Shown here: in pieces, positions 32,992-56,236 of the stretch
Numbering within the stretch: position 1 is the first letter of the stretch
Layout of the letters: every line of letters begins with the position of its first letter
Assembly: GCF_009914755.1 (NCBI RefSeq)
Contig: NC_060934.1
DNA length: 64,000 nucleotides
Direction: 5' to 3' (one strand)
Source: the human T2T-CHM13v2.0 reference genome, Homo sapiens
Position numbers and translations under genes: made by a program
The notes under the pieces: model-generated
Database searches by the model: none
Seen by the model: only the letters and a program-made list of their open reading frames with translations
Told to the model about the DNA's origin: nothing

Positions 32992-33049
32992 GGTGGGAAG
33001 GTGGGCTCAGGAAGGCCAAGGCAGAGGCTAGCTAAGAAGCTAGAGGCAG

Positions 33050-33960
<911 letters not shown>

Positions 33961-34203
33961 AGTGTCAGGGTAGCTTGGGGAGATGGCCCCCCAAGGACAT
34001 TCCCCTAAAGTGAGTCCTTTCCAGCCACTGTGTTGAAGATGGCTGTGGGGACCAGGAAGGGATGGCGTTAGGGGAGACTGCAAGGAGCACACCGTGGGCG
34101 TTCAGGCGTCCTGCAGTGCAGCTGCTGGAGGAAGTTCCAGGCACATGTGAGGGGAAAAACCAGAGCTTTCTGGGCTACTTTGTTTCTAAAATGGGGATAA
34201 GTA

Positions 34204-34353
34204 TTAGGTTGGTGCAAAAGCAATTGTGGTTTTTGCCATTAAAAGTAAGTAATTGTGGTTTTTGGCATTAAGAGTAATGACATTACTTTTAAAAAGTAAT
34301 GCCGTTTAAAAGTAATGGCAAAAACCGCAATTACTTCTTTTGCACCAACCTTA
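34204..34353. mobile_element. MADE1 (Hsmar1 MITE), internally expanded, inserted in a MIR
   Basis: TIRs TTAGGTTGGTGCAAAAG...CTTTTGCACCAACCTTA after a TA. 150 bp versus the ~80 bp consensus. Flanks reconstitute MIR (aaaatggggataa | ...gttgttgggaagactaaa). Confidence 0.9.
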
Positions 34354-34755
34354 TTTGCCTTACAGCGTTGTTGGGAAGACTAAAGGAGCTAATATGTATT
34401 ACATATGCATGTTGTATGTACATGTCATGTAAAACAACATGTGTTACGTGTATGGTCCTTAAAACATTATAGTAAGTGCTCAAGAAATGTTATTTTTTAG
34501 TATTTTACTTCTGGTGTTTGTGAGAGAAAAATAATGGAAGTGAAGGGCAGGGAAAGGGAGTGAGGTCTCTCCATTTCTCCAACTTGGAAAAATGCTTTAT
34601 GAAATGAAATCACATGAAGTCCTAGAACCCACATTACCATGGTGGAGGACAGGCGTCTGCAGTAGCTATGTCCCCTCTCAATTACTGCCTTCTGCCACTG
34701 GTGGAGCCTTGCGTGAAGGTCCTAGTGCCTGATGGTGCTGATTCCTGTGAATAAA

Positions 34756-35502
34756 TGTAACTGCAAAAATGAACCCCAAATGCCCTGTGGGTTCATTTTG
34801 CCGGCTGCCCAGATAGAGCTGATTTTCAAGACAGGGGAATTGCAATGAGGAGTTTAATTCATACAGAGCCAGCTGAATGGGAGACTGAAGGTATATTACT
34901 CAAATCAGTACTCCCGAAAATTCAGAGGCTGGGGTTTTTCAAGGATAGTTTGGCGGCAAGGGAAGAGGGGCTGCTGATTGTCTGGGGACACAATTGTAGA
35001 GGTGTGGAAAATGGTCTTCCTGCTTGTTGAGTCTGCCTCTGGGTGGGGACCACAGGAGCAGTTGAGCCAAGAGTCATGGGTCCAGGAGGGGCCATCTGGT
35101 TGTCAGAAATGCGAGTCTAAAAGAACATCTCAAAAGGCCAATCTTAGGTGTTCTTCAGTAGTGACGTTATTTATGGGCAGGAGTAATTGGGGAAGTTGCA
35201 AATCTAGTGTCCTTTGGAATAATGGAGGTTAATCGTTTCTGTCTACATCTTAGCAGAATTCAGGCTCCTCCCATCCTTCTAACCTGATGGTTTTTCATTA
35301 GTTTTACAAGGCAGTTGAGTTTTGGGGAAGGGCTAGTATCAGTTAGACTGTAAACTAAATTTCTCCCAAAGTTAGCTTGGCCCAAGCCCAGGAATGACCA
35401 ATGGCACTCTGGAGGTTAAAGGCAAGATGGGAGTTAGTCAGATCAGATCTCTTTCACTGTCATAATTTTCTCACTGTTATAATTTTTGCAAAGGCAGTTT
35501 CA
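34756..35502 (-). mobile_element. LTR8-like ERV1 solo LTR
   Basis: Minus strand begins TGAAACTGCCTTTGCAAAAATTAT. TG...CA ends with TSD TAAA at 34752-34755 and 35503-35506. Confidence 0.82.
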
Positions 35503-35901
35503 TAAAGAGGAAAGAGAGACAAGTATGTTTTCTTCAGGGTCAGCCTCTTTTTGTGATGGTTGAATCTCACAAGGAGTTTGGGGTTCCCAGGGAAAAATCC
35601 AGTGTCCTGCCAGCAAGCTGACGTCACTGCTCTTTTAAGAGGAAACTGGGAACCAGCTGTTGTGGAGATTAACTATGAGTGCAGATGTACAGTTGGAGCC
35701 CTACAATAAACAAAAGGTTCTGATTCTGCCCCACCAAACAACAGCAGCTGCTCTTGTTCTGGTTGGGCAGGGTTGAGTATCTGAGCCTTTGGGAAGAGAA
35801 AGTTAATAGGATCAGGGCTTCTTCCAGCATGAGAAAGATGGTGTTGTTCATGAGATGTACCCATTGTGCAGACTGGTGAGGGCGGGGCTGCTGGGTCCAC
35901 C

Positions 35902-36523
35902 TGTTACCGGACAGGGGTCCCGTTCCAGACCCCAACAGAGGGTTCTTGGATCTCATGCAAGAAAGAATTTGAGGTGAATCCATAAAGTGAAAGCAAGCTT
36001 AGAAGTAAAGAAACAAAAGAATGGCTACTCCATAAGCAGAGCAGTCCCAAGGGCTGCTTGTTGGCTATTTTTGTGGTTATTTCTTGATTAAATGCTGAAT
36101 ACGGGTGGATTATTCATGAGTTTTCTGGGAAAGGTGCAGGCAATTCCTGGATCTGAGGGTTCTTCCCCCTTTTAGACCATATAGGGTAACTTCCTGACAT
36201 TGCCATGACATTTGTAAACTGTCATGGCGCTGGTGGGAGTGTCTTTTAGCATGATAATGCATTATAATTAGCATATAATGAGCAGTGAGGAAGACCAGAG
36301 GTCACTTTCATTACCATCTTGGTTTTGATGGGTTTGGCTAGCTTCTTTACCACAACCTGTCCTATCAGCAGGGTCTTTGTGACCTGTTTCTTGTGCTGAC
36401 CTCCTATCTCATCCTGTGACTTAGAATGCCTAACCTCCTAGGAAAGCAGCCCAGTAGGTCTCAGCCTCATTTTACCCAGGCCCTATTCAAGATGGAGTCG
36501 CTCTGGTTCAAACACCTCTGACA
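35902..36523 (-). mobile_element. MER41B solo LTR
   Basis: Minus strand begins TGTCAGAGGTGTTTGAACCAGAGCGACTCCATCTTGAATAGG and ends ...CCGGTAACA. 622 bp, TSD CACC at 35898-35901 and 36524-36527. Retains the tandem-GAS segment characteristic of MER41B. Confidence 0.88.
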
Positions 36524-37368
36524 CACCAGGCCATGCCACTGAGTGTCAGGGACTGAACAGCTTGTGGGATCAGGGCTGAGACTCTCCATGCTGAAAGCTG
36601 CAAATAAATCACGGTTCCAGCCCCCTCATTTGCAGCTGGGGACTCAAGTCTGGAGGGGGAGTTTTATGTGCTTGCAATGTACAAGAGAACTGATTGAGGT
36701 TGGGAATCTGTCTTGGACCAAAGTCGAAATTCATATGATTGGACTGGTTTCTGTGACTGGGTCTCCAGTGTGTGGCTGGGTCTTTTCAATGTGGCTTAGG
36801 TTGGATGTCAGTCCTTGGCTCCTCTCCAGGATCCTGTCTGTGACTGAGACTATCTCTGTGCATCACTAACTCTAACCTCCCCCTGAGAATCTCACCTGTG
36901 ACCTTGGTCTCAACTGCACCAGTCACATCCTCCTGTCCTCAACGGTGAAAACCTGGCAGATGCTCAGCCTGCCCCTGCCCCAGGAGTGCTGTGGTCAGCT
37001 GAGCTGTGGAAGTCGAGGCTGGAAAGGACCTCATCAGCCAGTGGAGGGGAGGGGAAGGGAGGAGATCCTGTGAGCAGGCTAAGGTGGTAGACCTTGCCCC
37101 TCTGTGGCCAGAACCTGCCCAGGCCAAGTGGGCATCAGCTTTGCCCAGAGAAACAGCTGCCCTAGCTGCAACTGACCCCAGTTGGTGATGAGGTCTATTG
37201 AGGAACAAAGAATCAAGAGCAAACAACCAAGAGCATCCATCCCTCCCAGAAGGGGGTCTCACTTCTGTTGTCAGCTACAGAGAAGAGAGGCGGCTGGCCC
37301 AGCTCCACCTCCACCTTCTCCTGGGCAGTGTCTGGCCCTTCCATGGCTCCTTCACGGAAGGAGAGTGA

Positions 37369-37632
<264 letters not shown>

Positions 37633-38169
37633 TAAAACCAAAGCTTTAAATATATAGAATCCTTGAGCCACAACCAGGAGTGGATGCTAGGATTCTGTGG
37701 TAGGTAGCCTACTGTGTAGGCTCCTATGTAGGAGGTACGTCTCTGTGTAACATGAGAGCTCATGGTTAGAACCTTCTAAATGTGGGACAGTTACCTTAGG
37801 AGGTAATGAGCTGTCTGTCTCTGGGGGAGTTCAAGCAGAGGCTGGAAAATTCCTTGGTGGGGTTCATTCATCCACTCATTCATCTTCCATCTACTCATCC
37901 ATCCAATATTTTTCACTTATCAAATTTATGCCAGGTGCTGGACTAGTTGATTCAACCATGAATAAGATAGAAATGGCTTGTGGCTTCACAGTGCTATGAT
38001 GGGGAAACGCTGGGGACTACAGAAGCAGGGTAGAGGGCGGCATGACCTAGACCTGGCAGTCAGGGAAGGCTTCCTGGAGTAAGTGATCTTTGAAGCTAAA
38101 GGCTGAAGGTTGAGAAGGACTTAGCTGCAAGGAGTCAATAGAGTGTGAGCCAGTCAATGACACAGTCAG

Positions 38170-38790
38170 ATGTGTGTCTTAGCTGGTTTCCTCAGAGGCA
38201 GACCCTGAGGCAGGGATCCAAGGGTGTATGGTTTCCACTGGGGGGTGACTCCAGAAAATACCAGTGAGGGGGTGTGGTAGTGAGACAGGAAAGGGAGGCA
38301 GCCAAGAAGGTGTATGTGGTCAAGCAAGTCACCTCTGTGTGCAAATGGAGCTTCCACCTGCTGTAGAACTCTGGGAGCCAGTGTGGCATATGTCCTGCAG
38401 TTATTCCCTGGACAGGGAGTGAGCTGGGGTATTTGTATACCAACTTTCCTCAGCCACTGGTTGTGGGTTTTTCTGGACTGAGTGGGACATGGACACTATT
38501 CTCAAATAATTCTGGCCTCCTGATGGGGCAGGCAGAGTGGGCCCCAGCACAGGCCTTAGACAGAGGTGCAGGGGCTGGTGGTTGTGGTGGGGTCTGAGGG
38601 GATCTGCGCAGGGTGCTGGCATCACCGTGGCTGCAGGGTGAGTGAGGGGCATGCACGAGCCCTGAGATCAGTGAGAAGGCCAAAGGCGGAGTGGGCCAAG
38701 CAAGAGATACTGGCGACCAAGAGAGGCTGTGGTTATGAGGAAGCGACAGATGTCAGGATGTGGAGCGGCGTGGAGGAATGGAGATGCTGG
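38170..38790. mobile_element. Old ERVL/MaLR-type LTR remnant (boundaries approximate)
   Basis: tgtcttagctggtttcctcagaggcagaccctgaggcaggg...ggggggtgactccag, typical of old ERVL LTRs. Confidence 0.5.
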
Positions 38791-39007
38791 TGAGCAAGAG
38801 GAACCACAGTCTCCCAAGGCTGCAGCAGCCCCCTCACCACAAGGAACTCCCTCGCTCCCTCACCCCTACACCACCTCCCCCTCCAGCAGGCATCTCCTCC
38901 GTCCAAACACATCAGGGACGCCAGGCTCACTGCCAGCTTGTCAGGACCACGAAGGTGTATATGGAGGGAGATGATGGTGCTGTGGCAACTGCTTAAAAAA
39001 CAAAAGC

Positions 39008-41310
<2,303 letters not shown>

Positions 41311-43065
41311 AGAGAGAGAGAGTGAGATGTGCAGAGGTCCCCTGGAAAGGTGCAGTGACATAAGGGACAGAGCCAGCCCAAGGCCACCTCACTAGGGACA
41401 TGGAGGGGAGCAAAGGCCTTACTATTTGTACTCCACCTCCCTAATCTCCTGCCCACAGATAAGGCTCAGACAGGTCAGTCCCCTGGGTCGGAGCAGGGTG
41501 AAGTAGGTGGGGACAAGACCTGGAGGGCAAACGGAAGGAGGCTAGCACAGTGGAGACTTCCTCAAACAAACAAGGGGGCCTCGGGTGTGCCAAAGCATCC
41601 CAATGTCCAGGTGGGGTGGAAATGAAAGTGTCATGCCGGGTCTTGAGTTAGGGCTGGCTCTTTCTGCCGCTAACTTCTTCTGTGACTACAGTTGAATCCC
41701 TTCCTCCTGCTAGGTCTCAGTTTCCCTGTGTATGAAACCACATGAACTTTCGGCACCCTCCTGTAGCACTAGGAAGGTTCAAGACAGTCCTAAGAAGGGA
41801 GTAAAATAGACTGTCGTTTTGGAGAAACTGGGGCCCAGGAGGCAGAGAGACTTGCTGGGGGTCACTGATCACATAGCTATTGAGCAAGACTTCCATTTCT
41901 TGTCAGGGCTGTGCCCTGAGCCAGGCCCGCCCTGGCCTTTTGAACCTGCTTTCCCCGGGAGGCACCGCCCACCCCCATGTTTGTTTCCAATGAGCGCAGC
42001 AGCCACCGTGAAGTGTCGAGGTCTCTCTCATGCTCTGGTTTGAGTGTGTGTCTGTGAATGGGACATGTGGTAACAGTAGTTTCACCAGGCTTTTGGACCT
42101 TGGCCACCCCTCCTGTCCCACCTGGGGATTTAGGGTTAATGTAATGTCACTGCTTGGCATTTGGGCCTATGAGTCCCATACAAACTTCAAAGAACTTAAT
42201 TTATAGGGAGTTTCAAAGAGAGTCGGGAGGGCTGTGCCCGCTCCTCTGGACCCTCTGACAATGACCCTGCACAGCCTGCACAGCCGTGTCCAGGAAGCTG
42301 CCTGGAATCTTGCCATCCACTCCACGGGACTGTGTGCTGAGGCCTATGTCCCGGGCACATGAAACAAAGACCATTTCATCTTATGTTGGAAGCCGAGACT
42401 CTGGGTTTTTTTGCATCCAAGGCCTAGGAGGCCCACAGAGCCCACCTTGTTGGAACCAATGCTCCTTTGCTTGAAATCGTGAGACAGGGGAGAGCTTTTC
42501 AGCTTTGTGCAAAATGGTTCTGTTGAAGGTAGAATTTTCAAAGCAGATAGCCCTGGATCAATTATGGCCCACATGCATGTTCTCTTTGGCTTGCACCATG
42601 TTTGCCCACAAAGGTGTATTTTCACAAAATGAAATTAACTGCCACAGTTAGAAGTCAAATTGTGGTTTGACCTTAAATAAGTAGAAGACCTGGCAGCACG
42701 GGGCTCATGTTCCTGCATGAAATGTTTGGCTGGAGCAGCACTGCAGCCCCTCCCCCCGCACAAAAGATATGCACTCTTTAGTTGACCACAGTCCTTACCA
42801 TGCCCTATTGTCTTCCAGCTGGGAGCTGAATGCCTGTTGCCATTTATCATGTTTATGCTGCTGCTTTCTTGAGTCAGAGAGTTATGAGGAAGGTAAAATA
42901 TTTTGGGTCCCCACGTTTCTGACAAAAGTGGAAAAGCAGTTTATATACATTACCTGCCAGCCTGTTTTCACTGGGTTGCCAATGTAGAAGTTTATCTCTG
43001 GGGTGTGTTTGGTCCCATCTTTTCCTCTGCCACAACACCACCATGATGATCACCATAACATCATA

Positions 43066-43071
43066 TTTATT
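43066..43071 (-). terminator. PRF1: PRF1 polyadenylation signal AATAAA
   Basis: TTTATT on +, with GT-rich downstream sequence on - (ggtggtgttgtgg). Confidence 0.88.
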
Positions 43072-43449
43072 GGCCCTTTATCAAGCTATGTACATGGTGA
43101 GACAGGTCAGGACAGGCCTCCATTTGTCTCAGGGGCAAAGCATTGTGGGCAAAGAAGACAGAGCAGCTGGAGCTGATGGGGCTCCAGTTAAGGCAATGAA
43201 GGCTTTGCCACACCATAGAGGGCTCAAGGGAAGGGTCCTAAAAGACCAGCCCTGAGCAGCCTGGTGGGAACAGCCTCTTGGCCTTCTGCCCAGCTCCTGG
43301 CTGAAGCTGTGATCTGTGTAGCTGTGACTGCAGGGCTTGAGAATGGCGGAGGGCTTAGGCAGTTTGGACAGGGTGAATCGGGATTAGCGTGTAAACCCAG
43401 CCACCTCCCTGAAAAACAGTCTGAATCTCCCTTTTCCATCTGTCTGATG

Positions 43450-43665
43450 CGTATCCAATCTTTTGGCTTCTCTGGGCCACGTTGGAAGAAGAATTGTGTT
43501 GGGCCACATGTAAAATCCACTAGCACTAACGATAGCCGATGAGCTAAAAAAAAAAAAAAATAGCAAAAAGAAACTCATAATGTTTTAAGAAAGTTTGCGA
43601 ATTTGCGTTGGGCCGCATTCAAAGCCATCCTGGGCCGCATGCGGGCCTCGGGTTGGATAAGCTTG
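43450..43665 (+). mobile_element. MER30 (hAT-Charlie) DNA transposon inside the PRF1 3'UTR
   Basis: gtatccaatcttttggcttc.ctgggccac...gatgagctaaaaa...ggttggataagcttg. 8-bp TSD GTCT(G/A)ATG at 43442-43449 and 43666-43673. Confidence 0.9.
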
Positions 43666-43753
43666 GTCTAATGGGAATACGAAGACAGCCCTGGCTCCCA
43701 CTGTGAGAACCCCTTCAGTCCAAGCATACTGGTCCTTTCCAAGCTCACTGTTC

Positions 43754-44932
<1,179 letters not shown>

Positions 44933-45152
44933 TCAATCAAATAACTCCTTCAGGACTGCTCAAGGTCACATGTAAGTGGGCAGAACTAGGACTGGAACCC
45001 AGGGGCCCGGCTCCAGAGCACAAGCACAGTGGCACGGGGCTGGCAGGAATGCCTCCGCTCTCACCCCTCAGGGACCTCAGTGCTCTGTATAGGTATTTTC
45101 TCTTTTCCTTTTCAAAATAACATTTTTTTCTTTCCTTTTAATTTTCTTATTA

Positions 45153-45362
<210 letters not shown>

Positions 45363-46063
45363 CTAGTCATGTGGCCTTCATCCATCCGTCCCCCTGGATG
45401 GGTCCCACATGCCCGGGATCCTGACAGCTTGGGCCATGCTCGGCCTCTCTGTGGAGGAAACGTGGCCCCCAGGTCTGATGAATCAGACCAGGTGACTTGG
45501 GTCTGGCCTACAAACACTGTGCCTTTCTCAGACGTGGAATATGGGTCCCATACTTCCTACTCCCAGGGGCTAGGGTAGTGACTGCTGTCGCTCAGCAGTG
45601 TGGCCCTGCCACAGGCAGGTGTGAGTATTGGTTGAGTGGATGATTGAAGCTCAGAGAGAAGTGAGATGCTCAAGGTCACACAGCGATGAGGAAGGATGAC
45701 CCGGCCAGGTCTCCTGCCTCTGTCCCTATCCAGGAAGGACTCTGTGGAAGGCTGGCTGTGCCCAGGAAAGGCAGGGTTCAGTACTCACTAGACCTAAATG
45801 GCACCCTGCTGGGACTCTCAGGCATGGTCTCACTCACTTTCTCTCTACTTGATGTCTCACTGGGCACTCCCAGATTTGGGACCTCCTGGATGAGAGGAGG
45901 CCACAGGGCTGAATCACCTGAAGTCTGAGAGCCAGGATTGCAGTTTCTTCCTGGTGGAAGCAGCCTCCAAGTTTGATTGGAGGACTCTGCCTTTCCAGGG
46001 CTCCTAGACCACCCAGAGTTTCCCGCGCCTTTTCCAGCCCCCCACCCCTAGCCCCAGCTCTCA

Positions 46064-46753
<690 letters not shown>

Positions 46754-47228
46754 TCAGAGCTGGTATGTCCCTTATAGGCCTGGTTCAGCCCCCACATTGT
46801 ACAGATGGGCCCAGAGAGGGGAAAAGCCCAGCCAAGGGGAGCCCCTTTTTAGAATTTCCCTAAGGCCTAATGGGGATCTAGGTGGATGGCTCTGTCCCCA
46901 GGACACAACTGTGGGTGGTGGGGAGGGGGCTGTGGCCACAGAAGAGGGGACAGAGTAGCTGTAGCAGGTTTAGGGAGGGGTCTGGGGACCTGAGGAAGCC
47001 TTCATTCTGAAGAAGTGTCATTTTTGGCCCCAGAACAAGCCACCCTTTGCCCACCCTGACTCTCACTCTGTTTCTTTGTCTCTGTCACTCTCTCTAACCT
47101 CTCTCCCTCCCACTGAGCCCTTAACAGAATTGGAAGAGAAATGAGGTCCTATATTGCACCTATTCTTCTCATTTTCCCTTTGGGGCTCTCCCTCTGAGCT
47201 TTATGGAATAACATCAGCCCGAATTCTA

Positions 47229-47753
<525 letters not shown>

Positions 47754-48372
47754 CTAATTTTAAGGTGTTTCTGGGGCCTTGCCTGGGCCTGTTTATGATC
47801 TGGAACCTCCTTTCTCTAACCTTACCCAAGCCTAACCTTATCCAAGCTGAGCTCTTCAAAGGCCTTTGCCCTTGGGTACCACAGGTTCTGAGACAAGAGG
47901 GCTATGGAGAGCCCCCATTATAGCTGGAGCCTCCTGCCCTGCCCAAAGGTGTGACTTGAAGGGTGGAATTTCAGGCAGCGTGGCTCGCCCCAGGGAGGCA
48001 AAGAGGCCAGGGGAATCTTCAAAGGCCCTGGGCTCATCCCAGCTAGGAGGCAGGCACAGTCATAACCCTAATCCAGTGAACTCAGCCCTCATCCTGACTC
48101 TCATGGTATTCTGTCCCAGGGAGCCTCTTTCCAGCTTTCTTAGAAGCTTTAATGTCAGCACTTGCAGGGCCTTAGAAACTGCACGCTACCTCTTCATTTC
48201 ATACATGAGGAAACTGAGGCCCAGGGTGGACACAGGGCTGCCCAGCGAGTTAGTGATGGGCACCGTCTGTGACCCAGGTGTCTTGTCTTATAGGTCACAG
48301 CACTTCCTGCTCCATCAGCCTCTTCCCCTCCACCCAGGGCCCCAGGCCCCCCAATCCCTGCTCTCTCCTTAC

Positions 48373-48476
48373 CTGGAATCCCGTATAGAGAAGCGGCTAC
48401 ACAGATGGATATCCTCTCTTCACCGAGGCTCCTGGAATGGTGGCATCAGCCCCCCAGGCAGCCCACTGTGGCTCCT
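48373..48476 (-). other. PRF1: PRF1 non-coding exon 1 (TSS approximate)
   Basis: Strong donor CAG|GTAAGG on the - strand at 48373/48372, directly downstream of the ETS/GC-box cluster. Matches the known three-exon PRF1 structure. Confidence 0.85.
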
Positions 48477-48494
48477 TGCACCAGCCACCACTCA

Positions 48495-48535
48495 CATCAC
48501 TTCTACTTCCTGCCCCGCCCCCAGCTGTGGTCACA
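48495..48535 (-). promoter_or_regulatory. PRF1: PRF1 TATA-less core promoter: ETS + GC-box + E-box + RUNX
   Basis: Abutting motifs on +: ACTTCCTG 48505-48512, CCCCGCCCC 48513-48521, CAGCTG 48522-48527, TGTGGT 48526-48531. A second GC box (GGGCGGGG) lies near 48695 and another ETS ACTTCCTG at 49079-49086. Confidence 0.8.
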
Positions 48536-49299
48536 GGTCCTTTGTGCTCTCCCCTCCCACGAGCACCCACCCTGTCCTCAGCCCTCATCCGGCTCCCCAC
48601 TGACAGCCCTCAGGAAGCGAGCAGCAGGGCCAGAGGCTCATCTGCCGAGTAGAGCTGCTGGGGCTCGGGGACTCAGGGCACACAGGCGGAGGAGGGCGGG
48701 GCGCTGAGGACTTTGAGACTCGGCCCTGGTGTTGATGAACAGGCCAGCAGGGCCATCTCCTTGCTTCTGATGCACAGCATCGCATGTGTGGGATGTAAGA
48801 GGCAAGCAGAGGCGGCGGCTCAGAGCATGGGCCTACACGCCAGACCGCCGGGGCTTGGGCAGCTCGGTTATGCACCAGCAGTGTGGACTGGTAGGGTTCT
48901 TCAGCCTCACTGTGCCTCAGTTTCTTCACTGAACAATTGGGATTGTAGGTCATGTAGACCCTAGGGGTTGTTGTGAAGTGCTTGGAACTGTGCCTGGCCC
49001 TTCTTGAGTGTCAGAGCCTGTGGCCATTCCCTCCTCCCTGAGTGGGAGAAGAGAGATGTTGCTCTAATCTTGCCATCCACTTCCTGCTCAACCTACATCC
49101 CACCCTAGCCCAGGCTCCGAACTCCAAGCATGTTCCTCGAACAGGGGCTCCTGCTCCTCGCTTTGTGAGGACAGCCAGTGGCCTCCACGCTGGCTCCAGC
49201 CCTGCTGAGGTCGTGGGTGCTGGTGAGAGTGGTCTGGTAGCACCGGAGGACATGTCTTCTGCACTCTGCCTTGCTTGAGGTCAGGGTGGGGTGAGGTTT

Positions 49300-49620
49300 C
49301 CATGGGTGGAGTGACTCACAGGGCACTGGGGGGCAAAATCACACGGCTTCTGGGGTGGGGGCAGCTGGGTAAGGGAGGAGGTGGTTCTCACAACTTGTTC
49401 TCATAACTGTGTATATGATGGGAAGAAGTGGCCGCAGGCTCCAGACCACATGTGACATCATGTCTCATGGGTCACACTTTGGGGCTCATCCCTTGCGTTT
49501 ATGTCCCTGCTTCCGTCCCTGCTCTTACAGGAACAGGGGCTTATGCTGTCTTCTCGGAATCTGGCCCCATCTTCTCTCCGCAGTGTCCCCACCCTCTTCT
49601 AGAAACTGCAGCCTCCTGAT
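49300..49620. promoter_or_regulatory. PRF1: PRF1 -1 kb cytokine-responsive (STAT) enhancer
   Basis: GAS TTCTCGGAA 49551-49559, GAS-like TTACAGGAA 49525-49533 (17 bp apart) and TTCTAGAAA 49597-49605. Also AP-1 TGACTCA 49312-49318, RUNX ACCACA 49445-49450, CRE-like TGACATCA 49453-49460 and T-box-like TCACACTT 49472-49479. Position matches the established IL-2/STAT5 element at about -1 kb. Confidence 0.8.
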
Positions 49621-50159
49621 CACTTTCCAGCTGTCACCCATGGCCTGACTTGGATGCTGAGGCTGTGAGGAGTTTCTTTCCTGACCATGACAGGAAGGCC
49701 GGTTTGAGGGACATAGAAGTCCTGCAAAGTATCTGCGGGAAAAGAGAGGCAAAGTCTAAACAGGTTCTGATCCCAGCTTCACCAGAAACTTACCGTATGC
49801 CTCACGGCGATAGATATCAACCCCCTTTCTGAGCGTTAGTTTCCTCACCTATAAAATCAAAGAGAGGACTTTGGAATTCTACACATCCTTCCAGCTAATG
49901 ATAAAATGTACACTTGGCAGGTTTCAAGTGGCTTATGAAGTGGCTAATGCCCAAGAGATGCTAGTGGTTGTTAGGGGATCCATTAAAGAGCCGAAATGAC
50001 ATTGAGGGTGATGACTGTTTTTGACTCGTTTAACTGATGACAGCTGTCCTTCTGAAACTTGACACTTGAATGTGCATTAAGCAGAGTTTTTCCTCAGAGA
50101 CACAAGTTTCAACAAGTGCGTAATTTGTTCAATCACCAGACACCATGTATATGGTTTTC

Positions 50160-52512
<2,353 letters not shown>

Positions 52513-52577
52513 GTATATGGTTTTGATTTTTTTAGGTTATAAAATACCTGCTTTAGATAGAACAGTGCCATAAATCT

Positions 52578-56236
<3,659 letters not shown>

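Larger units (their letters stand above)
43048..43753 (-). other. PRF1: PRF1 3'UTR (3' end approximate)
   Basis: Runs from the TGA to just past AATAAA (43071-43066). Contains MER30. Confidence 0.85.

Noticed and set aside
34204-34353. Calling the MADE1 hairpin a miR-548 gene
   Set aside because: Sequence alone shows only a MITE. No expression or processing evidence is available.
47866-48603. 245-aa + strand ORF across PRF1 intron 1, exon 1 and promoter
   Set aside because: Non-ATG start, includes MIR-derived sequence, no domain or splice support.
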